Positions 9,504-21,270 of a stretch of DNA of 64,000 bases are shown in pieces (positions within the stretch are counted from its first letter, which is position 1; the number at the start of each line of letters is the position of its first letter). The stretch comes from an uncultured delta proteobacterium (GTDB taxonomy: Bacteria > Desulfobacterota > Binatia > UBA9968). The translations under genes and the position numbers were made by a program. Below the pieces are notes generated by a model, which was given only the letters and a program-made list of their open reading frames with translations, did no database searches and was not told where the DNA came from. The stretch lies in assembly GCA_963745035.1 (NCBI GenBank), contig CAVUVW010000027.1:128001-192000 (forward strand). The letters are read 5' to 3'.

Positions 9504-10583
9504 ATGACATCGGTCACACTATTTTCCGCCTTTGTATTGTTGCTGTTCGGGAGTCAAGCCGTTTACAGCCAGGGATTCCGCAGCGGTGGGAGCGGGGGCG
9601 CGCGGAGCGGAGGAGCTTCGGCGCCCGCTGCAGCTTCCGGCAGGCAAGGTCTTCAGGCGCCGCAGCGTTTACCGGCAAGTTCGGCACAAGCGCCCCGCGC
9701 AGGCCCGTCCTTTCAGCATCACCCGAGTTGGCATAATCCGAGCTGGGTGCATCCCGCACCGGGAGTGACGGCTCCGGTGCCTCCTGGCGCAACTTCGACC
9801 TTGCCGCCGGTGGGAAGAGTCTGGGCGCCGCAGTCAAGCTGGCGAGACCGGCCGCGGCATCCTCATCACCCTCATCAGCGTCAGCATTTTCATAGACACG
9901 CCGGAGTTGTGATTTTTGGCGTGCCGGAGATTGCCGGCACCACTGTGATCACGCAGGTCGCGCCTGGTGTAGTGCGCCAGGAACGGCGTTACGCCGAGGA
10001 GCCCGGGCCGGAAATTTCCGGGCGTGGTCCCGAAAGTCTGGCGCCGTTCGATCCCACGCCTCAGGAGATTGTCGAACGCATGCTTGCGCTCGCCGGAGCT
10101 CAGAAAGGCGACGTGATTTATGATCTGGGCGCGGGCGACGGACGGATTCTCATCGCGGCGGCCAAAAAATACGGCGCGCGTGGGGTCGGATTCGAAACCG
10201 ATCCGGGACTGGTCAAGCTGGCCCGTGAAAACGCGCGCAGCGCCGGAGTCGAAAAACGCGTGGAGATTCGCCAGCAGGATTTTCTCTCGGCGGATCTCTC
10301 CCCGGCATCAGTGGTGACGCTCTACTTGTCCTATGACGGTAACCTTGCCGTGCGGGAGCAGCTCCGTCGGCAGCTTCGCCCGGGAGCGCGCGTAGTTTCC
10401 TACACCTTCGACATGGGCGATTGGCCGCCGAAGATCGCGGAGTCTTACCGCGACGGAAACGGCAACGCGCATTCATTGTATCTTTGGGAGATTACCGCGC
10501 CGGCGCTGGCAAGCCGAGGCTCCGAGCCGATGCTTCAGCCGCATCCGAGCCGCGCCGGTCCGCTGATTATCGACGTTCGATAA
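9504..10583 (+). CDS. SAM-dependent methyltransferase with signal peptide and disordered Gly/Pro/His-rich N-terminus
   Basis: PFDPTPQEIVERML, YDLGAGDGR, LRPGARVVS. Confidence 0.75.
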   Translation: MTSVTLFSAFVLLLFGSQAVYSQGFRSGGSGGARSGGASAPAAASGRQGLQAPQRLPASSAQAPRAGPSFQHHPSWHNPSWVHPAPGVTAPVPPGATSTLPPVGRVWAPQSSWRDRPRHPHHPHQRQHFHRHAGVVIFGVPEIAGTTVITQVAPGVVRQERRYAEEPGPEISGRGPESLAPFDPTPQEIVERMLALAGAQKGDVIYDLGAGDGRILIAAAKKYGARGVGFETDPGLVKLARENARSAGVEKRVEIRQQDFLSADLSPASVVTLYLSYDGNLAVREQLRRQLRPGARVVSYTFDMGDWPPKIAESYRDGNGNAHSLYLWEITAPALASRGSEPMLQPHPSRAGPLIIDVR

Positions 10584-10604
10584 ATTCGATTATCACCCAC
10601 CTTT

Positions 10605-11552
10605 TTAGGCGCTATAAAGTTGATCGATGAAGCCGGTGTCGTCGATCTTGCGGAGATAATGCAGATCCCAAGGCTCCATCGGGCCGATGTGGCGCATCTT
10701 GGGATCCTTGCCGACGTCGAGGTCGTAGACGTTTTGAATGGCGGCCGGAAGCGGGTACGGTTTTTTTGAAAGCAGCTTGGCCCACTCGCGCTGCAGGTGC
10801 ACGTAATATTCGTCCTCTTCCAGGCCGTAGCGCTTGGCCAGATTCTTCTTCAAGATCGGCACCACTTTGTCGGGTTGCGTTTTGAAGAAATGCAGCGCCT
10901 CGATAAATCCCTTGATAAACGCGTAAACGGTCTCTTCGTTGGCCTTGATGTAATCACTGGTCGCGAGCAACGTGGTATTGTGAATCACCGGCCTGTCGGG
11001 AAGATCGACCACGTGCAGCCCCTTTTTCACGCCGTAAAGATCGAAAGGCATGTCGACCAGCGCGGCGACCGCCTTGCCGGAAGTAATCTCGTCGACGAAT
11101 TCTAGAAACTTACCGGAGGTGTCATTAATAACTTCCATGTTGATCTCGTCCGGTTTGAGCCCGCAATCCTGCAGCACAGCGCGCAGATTCCCCGAAACGC
11201 ACGGAGCCTTGGAGTGGCAGACGATCTTTTTGCCTTTTAAGTCTTCGATCGTTTTGATTTCAGCAGATGCGACCAGGCGGTCGTCCCAGTTATTCTGCGC
11301 CTGGGCAAGGTAAGTCAGGCGCTTTTCGCCCTTGGCGCGCTCGCGGTAGGTTTCATGGTGCAGACCGCTGAGAAAATCGATCTCGCCGGCGAGCGCCAGC
11401 TTGGCGCGATGGGCCATGGTCGGGGCCTTGGCGCCGCCGACGATATGCAAATCGATCTCATAGCCGTACTTCTCCATGACTTTGGATTCCTTGAAGACAT
11501 AGAGAAACGGCAGGTGGGAAGAATCGCTGGCGAGAAGATCCAGTGTTCGCAT
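10605..11552 (-). CDS. NMT1/TauA-like periplasmic-binding-protein fold, no signal peptide
   Basis: IKTIEDLKGKKI, FIKGFIEALHFFKTQP, IDDTGFIDQLY. Confidence 0.7.
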   Translation of the reverse strand: MRTLDLLASDSSHLPFLYVFKESKVMEKYGYEIDLHIVGGAKAPTMAHRAKLALAGEIDFLSGLHHETYRERAKGEKRLTYLAQAQNNWDDRLVASAEIKTIEDLKGKKIVCHSKAPCVSGNLRAVLQDCGLKPDEINMEVINDTSGKFLEFVDEITSGKAVAALVDMPFDLYGVKKGLHVVDLPDRPVIHNTTLLATSDYIKANEETVYAFIKGFIEALHFFKTQPDKVVPILKKNLAKRYGLEEDEYYVHLQREWAKLLSKKPYPLPAAIQNVYDLDVGKDPKMRHIGPMEPWDLHYLRKIDDTGFIDQLYSA

Positions 11553-11576
11553 GACTTTTCTCCTTTTGGTCTAGTG

Positions 11577-11630
11577 GTTCAAGACGTTCAAATCGTTCAA
11601 TCGCTATGCTCCGTTCAAGCTGTCCGAACA
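11577..11630. repeat. 9-nt GTTCAAnnn tandem repeat element (copy 1)
   Basis: GTTCAAGAC GTTCAAATC GTTCAATCG ctatgctcc GTTCAAGCT GTCCGAACA. Confidence 0.75.
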
Positions 11631-11668
11631 ATAGCAATGACCAGCATGTTTTGAAGTGCTAATGTCCG

Positions 11669-12637
11669 TCACATTCCCAACTCGCGCTGCGCTTCGCGCA
11701 GCAAACTCATGTCATGGGCGACGGACACCGGCACATTGGTTTTTTTCGTTTGCTGCTGGATAAAGCTCCATTCGATGCTGAGATCATCGTCGCTGAGCAT
11801 ACCGTTCTTGCTGAAACCGGGATTCGCCAATTCCAATGACCGGAGCGCGTCTTTCTCCGTCGCCCTCGTCCAGGCCATCAGAATCTTGACCGTGTCTTTA
11901 GGATTTGTCTGCAATAGTTGCAGGCTGCGCAGCATCGCGCGAAGCGCGCGTTTGATCAGATCGGGATCTTTCCTGATCCTCTCTTCGCGGACCCCGAGGC
12001 CGGCAATGGGGTTGACGACGATCTCCGCCGTGTTGCCGAGTAGCCGATAGCCCTTATTCTCCAGTTGAACGTTGGTCGGCAGAGGCATCAGACTGCCCTG
12101 GGCGATGTTCTTGTCCAGCGCGGCGATGCGCGCCGGCGTGGGGCCCAGCGCCAACAACTGATAGTCGCCTTTCTTCAGACCAAGATGCTGTAAATGCTTT
12201 TCGGTGAGAATCGCTTGAGTGTTGCCGAAAGACGCGACGGCGAAAACTTTACCCTTCAACTCGGACGCCGAGGTAATCTCCGGGCGCACAACCAGGGCGA
12301 ACAGGGGGCGAGAATTCAACGCGGCGACCAGCTTTGTACCGAGGCCTTGCATGGCGCCGTTGAGCACAGGGGAAATGTTGAGTGAAAAGTCGATATGACC
12401 GTTCGCCAGCGCCACAGTGGCGACGTTGCCGTTCATCTGAATGAGCTGGGGCTCCAGGCCCTCGCTGCGGAAGAAGCCTTTCTCCACCGCGACTTTGACG
12501 GGAAACCAGGTCATGCTAACGGCCGAATAGGACAGCGTCACTTTTCGCGGTTCGGGACCGGCGGCGGCCTGTGCTCCGAGAGACGCGAGGAAAAGCAATG
12601 AAAGCTGAAGGAGAAATTGCCGGACCGGCGATATCAT
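11669..12637 (-). CDS. ABC transporter substrate-binding protein (NMT1/TauA/SsuA family)
   Basis: Signal peptide, EKGFFRSEGL, ELKGKVFAV. Confidence 0.85.
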   Translation of the reverse strand: MISPVRQFLLQLSLLFLASLGAQAAAGPEPRKVTLSYSAVSMTWFPVKVAVEKGFFRSEGLEPQLIQMNGNVATVALANGHIDFSLNISPVLNGAMQGLGTKLVAALNSRPLFALVVRPEITSASELKGKVFAVASFGNTQAILTEKHLQHLGLKKGDYQLLALGPTPARIAALDKNIAQGSLMPLPTNVQLENKGYRLLGNTAEIVVNPIAGLGVREERIRKDPDLIKRALRAMLRSLQLLQTNPKDTVKILMAWTRATEKDALRSLELANPGFSKNGMLSDDDLSIEWSFIQQQTKKTNVPVSVAHDMSLLREAQRELGM

Positions 12638-13468
12638 TGGGCTAATTTCGGGTGCTCAATCGGCAGATCCGTCCGGTCGCCCCATTCCTTCCACGATCCG
12701 ATGTAATTGCGCACTTTAGGAAAACCGAGCAGGCGCAGGGCGACGTAGCTATGCGCGGCGCGGTAGCCGCCTTGGCAGTAGGAGACGACTTCCTTGTCCG
12801 GCGTGATGCCGGCCTTGTCGTACATCGACTTTAGATCGGCTTTGCTCTTGAACTTTCCCTCGGCGTCGAGATTGTCGGTCCATTCGATGTGCACCGCGCC
12901 TGGTATCGCGCCGCCCCGCGCGGCCCGCACTTGGGTGCCGTAGTATTCGCCCGCGCTGCGCGTGTCGAGGATCGCGATGTCGTTTTTATTGAGTGAGCGA
13001 AGCACGTCGCCGGCGGTTGCCAAGACCTCACGGCGTTCGTTGACTTTGAAAGTGGAAGATTTGGGCGCGGTGGCTTCACGAGTCACCGGCGCGCCGGCAG
13101 CCTGCCAAGCTTTGAAGCCGCCGTCGAGCATCTTGACGTCAGGATGGCCGTAGTATTCCAAAAACCACAGGCCACGAGCCGCCCGCATGCCTGAGTTCTC
13201 TTCGTAGAAAACGACTTCTTTACTTTCGCTCACGCCGCGCAGCTCGAGCACGTGATGAATCATGAACATGAATGCTTTGAGCGGCGCTTCGCTAGTATCG
13301 ACAAGGCTCAGGCCGAAGAGATCGAAGTGTGTGGCGCCGGGAATATGGCCGCGCGCATAATCTTCGGCGGGCCTGACGTCGATGATGCAAAGATTCGGCG
13401 AGTCCGAGTTTGCTCTGCAGCTCGGTGACCGTTATGAGGAGAGTTTCGCGCGCGTATTGTTTTTCCAT
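12634..13468 (-). CDS. Tandem-domain sulfurtransferase (rhodanese/SseA), frameshift near 13404
   Basis: IIDVRPAEDYARGHIPGA, LDGG, YCQGGYRA active site, NYIGSWKEW; ATG at 13468 is out of frame by one base. Confidence 0.85.
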
Positions 13469-13506
13469 AGCGTCCCTATAGCATTAGTCAAAATGGCACT
13501 GCAATA

Positions 13507-14652
13507 ATGCGATCCAATCGTAAGCTCAAGATCATTTTACTTTGTGCATTCGTTTCCTTTTGTCAGACTCTTACCCTCTCCCGTCCTGGGAGAGGGGAGG
13601 GTGAGGGCCAGCGACTTGCATTGGGTTTTACCTACCAGCTCGCGCTTCCCGGACGTAAGCTCTCTTTTCCGGCGGATCATTATTCCCATCCCGATTTCAA
13701 AACCGAATGGTGGTACTACACCGGCCATTTAGAAACGGAGAGCGGCAAACGCTACGGCTATCAGGTTACTTTCTTTCGTTTCGGCGTGCGTGATCGACAG
13801 AAAGACTTGAAAGAAGAGCCGCTGTTCACGGAGCTCTACATGGCGCATTTCGCGCTTTCCGATATTGCCGCCAAGAAATTTCTCTATCGCGAGCGCCTCA
13901 ATCGCGGCTATGGCGACAAGGCGGGGGCAGCCACCGACCGTTATCTCGTTTGGAACGAAGACTGGAAGGTCGAAGGCGGCGAGAAGGATCATCGAATCGT
14001 GGTCAGCGACCGGGGCACGACTTTGAAGCTTTCGCTCCGATCGCTCAAGCCGCCAGTGCTGCACGGCGACAATGGGCACAGCCAAAAGGGCGAGGGCGAG
14101 GGAAGGGCATCGTATTACTATTCGCTGACGCGCATGCAAACCGAAGGCGAGCTGACCATCGGCGGCAGGAAGGAAAAAGTGCGCGGTCAGAGCTGGATGG
14201 ACCACGAATTCGGCAGCAATCAGCTCGCCGACAATCAAATCGGTTGGGACTGGTTCAGCATTCAGCTCGACAATCAAAACGAACTGATGCTCTACCTCAT
14301 GCGCCGAAAGGACGGCTCGGTCGATCTGCATTCCAGCGGCACGCTCGTGAGTGCCAACGGCGCGACCAAGCATCTCACCCTCAAAGATTTTCGCATCCAA
14401 GTGTTGGATCGTTGGAAGAGTCCCAAGAGCGGCGCCAATTATCCGATGAAGTGGAAAGTGTTTATTCCTGTTCAGGACATCGAGCTAGAGATTCTACCGG
14501 CATTTCCCGATCAGGAGCTGATCACCAACCGCAGCACCCGGGTGACGTACTGGGAAGGCGCGGTGCAAGTCCGTGGTAACTTTCAAGGGAAACCGATTGG
14601 CGGAAACGGATATGTTGAAATGACCGGATATGCAGGGAAGCTGACGCTCTGA
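13507..14652 (+). CDS. Secreted AttH/CrtC-like lipocalin-domain hydrolase
   Basis: FPADHYSHPDFKTEWWYYTG, SYYYS, WMDHEF, GWDWF, YWEG, GYVEMTGY. Confidence 0.85.
   Translation: MRSNRKLKIILLCAFVSFCQTLTLSRPGRGEGEGQRLALGFTYQLALPGRKLSFPADHYSHPDFKTEWWYYTGHLETESGKRYGYQVTFFRFGVRDRQKDLKEEPLFTELYMAHFALSDIAAKKFLYRERLNRGYGDKAGAATDRYLVWNEDWKVEGGEKDHRIVVSDRGTTLKLSLRSLKPPVLHGDNGHSQKGEGEGRASYYYSLTRMQTEGELTIGGRKEKVRGQSWMDHEFGSNQLADNQIGWDWFSIQLDNQNELMLYLMRRKDGSVDLHSSGTLVSANGATKHLTLKDFRIQVLDRWKSPKSGANYPMKWKVFIPVQDIELEILPAFPDQELITNRSTRVTYWEGAVQVRGNFQGKPIGGNGYVEMTGYAGKLTL
13574..13607. repeat. REP-like palindrome inside the CDS
   Basis: CCCTCTCCC-gtcct-GGGAGAGGG-GAGGGTGAGGG. Confidence 0.65.
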
Positions 14653-14724
14653 GCGATCGTGTCGTTTTTTACAGGAAGCGCTCGGCAGTGTGATACTAAC
14701 CAAGTTTGTATTACGGAATGTCCC

Positions 14725-14975
14725 TAGGCGAGCCGCTATTTCGAGAATATTGGGCTCGCACGATATCCATTCTATGGTGAAAGAATTCATCAATCGTAGG
14801 GCGTGACGAGCCTCCTCTTCTCCTTCTTCGCGCCAAACGATATAGAGAACCTCCATCCGGCTCATGAAAGAAGCCAGGAGCCGGCATTGGTTCTTTCCGC
14901 CTGAGAAAGAAGCGTTTCGACTCGGTCCGCCCCTGGGTTCGTCGCCTCGCAATGCGAGCAGAACGGATGTATTAC
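14725..14975 (-). pseudogene. Degenerate, truncated PIN/VapC toxin remnant
   Basis: NTSVLLALRGDEP / GADRVETLL (frameshifted) / SFMSRMEVLYIVWREEGEEEA...ILEIAARL; no start and no C-terminal AD motif. Confidence 0.55.
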
Positions 14976-15128
14976 ACGATGTGTCTCGTACCTGCGAGCG
15001 GGATTTAGATTTACAAGTAGTTTGACAATTTGTCTTGTTCCTGCGGCGCGATCTCACAGCGGTAAAAACGGGGTACTCCGTCATTGATTTTGCTGGAATA
15101 AATACGGAAACTCCTTTCATCGACACTT

Positions 15129-16535
15129 ATGGTGAGCGAGAACGTAAAAGCGACGGTCAAGCGATTCGACCTGATTCTACCAGGCGATCGTATACTCATC
15201 GCTGTATCCGGCGGGCCGGATTCCGTGGCTTTGCTGCATTTGCTCAATGAACTACGCGAGGAGCTTTCATTGCACTTGGAAGTGGCGCATCTGCAGCACG
15301 GCATGCGCGGTGAAGAAGCCAAGGAGGACGCGCGGTTTGTTCAGCGTTTGGCAGCAAAGCTGGAGCTTCCTTTCCACCTAAAAGAGATCGATCTGCCGGG
15401 GATGAAGCTGTCGGCCGGCGCGGGCAATCTCGAAGAGTTGGCGCGCCAAGCGCGTTACCGGTTTTTCGCCGACTTGGCGGTGGAAAAAAATCTCCGAAAG
15501 ATCGCCACCGGGCACACGTTGGACGATCAGGCGGAAACCGCGCTGATGTGGTTTTTGCGCGGCGCGGGTTCGAAGGGCGTGGGTGGCATGGCGCCGCTTT
15601 CGCGAATTACCGGCTCCGCTGGGCACCCGGTGGCGGTGATCCGACCGTTTCTCGAAGTTTCCAAAGCGGAGATTCTGGAATATTTGAAAGATCGAGGCCT
15701 GGAGTTTCGCGTGGACGCCACTAATCGAGATTCCAGGTTGCTGCGGAACTGGTTCCGCCTCGAGCTCTTGCCAAGCATCCAGCAGCGGCTGGATGCCCGG
15801 GCGCCGGCGCGCTTGGCCCAACAAGCGGAGATTTTCCGCGATGAAGATGCTCTGCTCGATCGCTTGGCGCGCGACTGCTTCGCCGCGATGCGCGCGGCGG
15901 GCAGCATTGATCGTCTCGCGCTGCTCGCTCGACCGCGTGCCCTGCAGCGCAGGATTTTGCGTCTTTGGATCGAGCAGGCGCGCGGACATTTGCGCGCTCT
16001 CGAGTTTATTCACATCGAGGATGGTTTGCGTCTAATCGCTGGAGAGGCGCCGCAAGGCCGCGTGGCGATTCCCGGCGGCTGGGAGTTGGCGCGCGAATAT
16101 GATCGACTCAAAATCGAGAAACAAGTTCGAAGCCGGCGTTCAGTCTGCTATGATTATCCGTTAAAAATCGGAACGATACTGCCAATTGTCGAAGCGGGCC
16201 TGGAGCTTTATAGCGAGCGCATCGCGGCGCCGGATCGATGGCCCAAGAATCTCATGGAGGCGGTTTTTGACTGGAATCATGTAAACGGCGCGTTGGCGGT
16301 GCGTAATTTTCGCCGGGGCGACCGGTTTCAGCCGCTGGGCATGAAAGGGCGCAAAAAAATCAAGGACTTGTTCATCGAGAAGCGGGTGCCGTTGTCGATG
16401 AGAGCGCGTTGGCCGCTGCTCACGGCCGGCGATGAGGTTCTGTGGATTCCCGGCTACGGCCGGAGCGCCACCGCTCCAGTACGCAAAGCCACGACCGCGG
16501 TATTGCGCCTTGAGGCGCGGTCCGTTCAAGGTTAA
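15129..16535 (+). CDS. tilS: tRNA(Ile) lysidine synthetase
   Basis: AVSGGPDS, ARQARY, HTLDDQAET, C-terminal GDRFQPLG. Confidence 0.95.
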   Translation: MVSENVKATVKRFDLILPGDRILIAVSGGPDSVALLHLLNELREELSLHLEVAHLQHGMRGEEAKEDARFVQRLAAKLELPFHLKEIDLPGMKLSAGAGNLEELARQARYRFFADLAVEKNLRKIATGHTLDDQAETALMWFLRGAGSKGVGGMAPLSRITGSAGHPVAVIRPFLEVSKAEILEYLKDRGLEFRVDATNRDSRLLRNWFRLELLPSIQQRLDARAPARLAQQAEIFRDEDALLDRLARDCFAAMRAAGSIDRLALLARPRALQRRILRLWIEQARGHLRALEFIHIEDGLRLIAGEAPQGRVAIPGGWELAREYDRLKIEKQVRSRRSVCYDYPLKIGTILPIVEAGLELYSERIAAPDRWPKNLMEAVFDWNHVNGALAVRNFRRGDRFQPLGMKGRKKIKDLFIEKRVPLSMRARWPLLTAGDEVLWIPGYGRSATAPVRKATTAVLRLEARSVQG

Positions 16536-16610
16536 ATGATGGCGCAGCATTATTGCTACAAGTGGTCACGTATGTTAAGCTTTTCGCGTTCCTAACTTTT
16601 GGAGGATCGG

Positions 16611-18451
<1,841 letters not shown>

Positions 18452-18612
18452 GCGATTCTTGCCGGAGCGTCGGTTCCCGAATATCTGCGTTCCCAATCCG
18501 ATGATTGTCCTCGCTCCGAAGGCCGCCTTGTGCGGCTCGGGCGAGGTTCATCGCGAAAATAGTAGGACCATTCGCGGCCCATGTGAGTGTTTCGACGGAT
18601 TGCGGATACCCG

Positions 18613-19530
18613 ATGGCGGACAGAAAACTCCAGGAACCAAGCGTCGCGCTGACGCCGCTGGTAGCACCGCCGGCGGCCGGAGAGCGCGGGTTTTTGCAAA
18701 CCCGCCACGGCCGCCTGGATTTTTCGCGCCGCACGCTCGTCATGGGGATTCTCAACGTTACTCCGGATTCATTTTACGGCGCCAGCCGGCGTCCCGATCC
18801 GGTCAAGGCGATCGCCGACGGCGTAGCGATGGCGGCGAGCGGCGCGGACATCATCGACGTCGGCGGCGAGTCGAGCCGTCCCGGCGCCATTCCGGTTTCG
18901 GAAGAAGAGGAACTCGCCAGAGTTCTGCCGGTCGTGCGCGGCTTGCGCCGCGAGGTCAACGTGCCGATTTCCGTGGACACGTATAAATCCGGCGTCGCGC
19001 GCGCCGCGCTGGAAGCCGGCGCCGATATCGTCAACGACGTCAGCGCGCTGCGCTTCGACGGCGCGATGAGCTCTCTCCTAGCCGCGGAGAAGGTGCCGGT
19101 GGTGCTGATGCACATGCAGGGAACGCCGCGCACCATGCAAGCGGAGCCGCGCTACGACGACGTCACCCGCGAGGTGAGGGAGTTTCTCGCCGCGCAGCTT
19201 TACGAGGCGATGGACGCGGGCGTGCCGCAGGAATCGATTATTCTCGATCCGGGCATCGGCTTCGGCAAGACCATCGAGCACAATCTCCAACTGCTGCGCG
19301 GCCTGCCCGCCCTCGCCGCGTTGGGGCAAGCACTGTTGGTCGGCGTCTCGCGCAAGGCCTTTATCGGCAAGATTTTGGAACTCGACCCCGATGGGCGCCT
19401 CGAAGGAAGCCTGGCGGCGGCCGTGGCCGCGGTCTTGGCCGGCGCCAATATCGTGCGCGTCCATGACGTGAGCGAAACCTGCAAGGCGGTGCGGGTGGCC
19501 GATGCCATCCGCTTCGGCCTGTGCCGATGA
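18613..19530 (+). CDS. folP: Dihydropteroate synthase
   Basis: MGILNVTPDSF, DVGGESSRPG, DPGIGFGK, SRK, RVHDV. Confidence 0.95.
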   Translation: MADRKLQEPSVALTPLVAPPAAGERGFLQTRHGRLDFSRRTLVMGILNVTPDSFYGASRRPDPVKAIADGVAMAASGADIIDVGGESSRPGAIPVSEEEELARVLPVVRGLRREVNVPISVDTYKSGVARAALEAGADIVNDVSALRFDGAMSSLLAAEKVPVVLMHMQGTPRTMQAEPRYDDVTREVREFLAAQLYEAMDAGVPQESIILDPGIGFGKTIEHNLQLLRGLPALAALGQALLVGVSRKAFIGKILELDPDGRLEGSLAAAVAAVLAGANIVRVHDVSETCKAVRVADAIRFGLCR

Positions 19531-19543
19531 CAAGCGAGCCGCC

Positions 19544-20302
19544 ATGCTCGAGCTGATCCAACCGATTCGTTGGCAGGACTTCCTCGACATCGGCATCATC
19601 ACCTTCCTCGTCTATCGCTCGTTGCAGATCGTGCGCGGCAGCCGCGCCATGCAGATGATTATCGGCCTGACGGTGATCCTGGTCGCCTACGGGGCGTCGC
19701 GCGCGCTCGGTCTGCTCACCTTGAGCTGGATCCTCGATAATTTTCTCGCTTCGATCATCCTGGTGATCGTCGTGATCTTTCAAAGCGACATCCGCCGCGC
19801 GCTCACCCAGGTCGGCAGCGCGCCGTTGTTTGCCGCGGCGGAGCGCATGGTCCAGCCCAGCGATGATGTCATCGACGAAGTCGGCCAGGCCGCGACCGCG
19901 CTGGCGGAAAAGAACGTCGGCGCGCTGATCGTGATCGAGCGCGAGGTCGGGCTCAATGAATACATGGAGATCGGCACGCGGCTCGACGCCAGAGTCAGCC
20001 GCGAGCTCGTCGAGAGCGTATTCCTGCCGCATTCGCCGATCCACGACGGCGCGCTGGTGATCCAGAAGGGGCGGGTCACGGCGGTGCGCTGCCTTCTGCC
20101 GCTCAGCACCAATCCCAATCTGCGGAAAACCTGGGGCACGCGCCACCGCGCCGCCCTCGGCGTGACCGAGGAGACCGATGCCGTGGCGGTGGTGGTCTCC
20201 GAGCAGGAGGGCAACGCCGCATTGGTCGTTGGCGGCAATGTGACCGAAAACATCGACGGCGCGCGGCTGCGCTCGGCGCTGCGCGAGTTGCTCAAGGGAT
20301 GA
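19544..20302 (+). CDS. cdaA: Diadenylate cyclase
   Basis: Three TM helices, HDGA and RHRAA DAC motifs. Confidence 0.92.
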   Translation: MLELIQPIRWQDFLDIGIITFLVYRSLQIVRGSRAMQMIIGLTVILVAYGASRALGLLTLSWILDNFLASIILVIVVIFQSDIRRALTQVGSAPLFAAAERMVQPSDDVIDEVGQAATALAEKNVGALIVIEREVGLNEYMEIGTRLDARVSRELVESVFLPHSPIHDGALVIQKGRVTAVRCLLPLSTNPNLRKTWGTRHRAALGVTEETDAVAVVVSEQEGNAALVVGGNVTENIDGARLRSALRELLKG

Positions 20303-21228
20303 AACGGATCTGGGAAAGATTCGCCGTGCTGGGCGGCAGCAATGTGGCCCTGAAGATTCTGGCGCTGATCATCGCCATCGGACTTTGGGCGGCGGGCCAT
20401 CGGGACACCGAGCGCGCCATCGAGGCGCCGATCGAATTTCGCAACCTCCCGCCGGATTTGATGGTGATGGACAACCGCGTCGATTACGTGGTCTTGCGCC
20501 TGATGGGGCCGCGCACGCTGGTCTCGACCTTGGACGCGGACAAAATAAAGCTGTCGCTGGATCTCGACGGCGCAAAATCCGGCTCCATAAGCTATCCTTT
20601 GGACGCCGATGAATTCAACATTCCGCGCGGCGTGACGATCGCGCGCATCACGCCGCCGGTGATTCATCTGCGGCTCGAGCCGGTCAGCAAGCGCACGCTG
20701 CCGGTCTCGGTGCGGCTTTCGGGCAAGCCCACGGCCGGATACCGCGTCGCGCAGGCAACACCGCTGCCCGCCAACGTCTCGGTGCAGGGACCGGCCGAAG
20801 AAGTGCGCCGCCTCGCCGTCATCGAGACGGTGGCGGTCGACGTCGAAGAGATGCGCGGCGCCTTCAAGCGCCGAGTGCGGTTGTCCAACGACGGTAAACC
20901 GTTGTCGATCAGCCCGGATCAGGTGGAAGTAACGGTCGCCATCGAACAGGAGCAGGCCATCCGCACTTTTGAGCGGATCGAAGTTTACGCCAAGGATTTC
21001 GGCGGCGTGTACCAGGTCGTGCCGCCGTCGGTGAGCCTGCGCATCGCCGGCCCGAAGATGGCTGTGGAAAAGTTGAAGTTGACTTCGGACCAAGTCTATT
21101 TGAACCTGAAGGGGCTCTCAGTCGGAGAACATAACGTGCCGCTCGAATTGGATCTGCCGGCCGAAGTCAAGGTGCTGGAACAAAGGCCGCAGCGTTTTCG
21201 GGTGCGCATCACCAAGCCGGCCGAGTAG
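20299..21228 (+). CDS. cdaR: CdaR/YbbR-like regulator
   Basis: LKILALIIAIGLW anchor, YbbR repeats, position between cdaA and glmM. Confidence 0.88.
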   Translation: MKRIWERFAVLGGSNVALKILALIIAIGLWAAGHRDTERAIEAPIEFRNLPPDLMVMDNRVDYVVLRLMGPRTLVSTLDADKIKLSLDLDGAKSGSISYPLDADEFNIPRGVTIARITPPVIHLRLEPVSKRTLPVSVRLSGKPTAGYRVAQATPLPANVSVQGPAEEVRRLAVIETVAVDVEEMRGAFKRRVRLSNDGKPLSISPDQVEVTVAIEQEQAIRTFERIEVYAKDFGGVYQVVPPSVSLRIAGPKMAVEKLKLTSDQVYLNLKGLSVGEHNVPLELDLPAEVKVLEQRPQRFRVRITKPAE

Positions 21229-21270
21229 TTCTTGCGTCAAAAGGAGCGCTCCACGATGAGTCCGCCGAAA

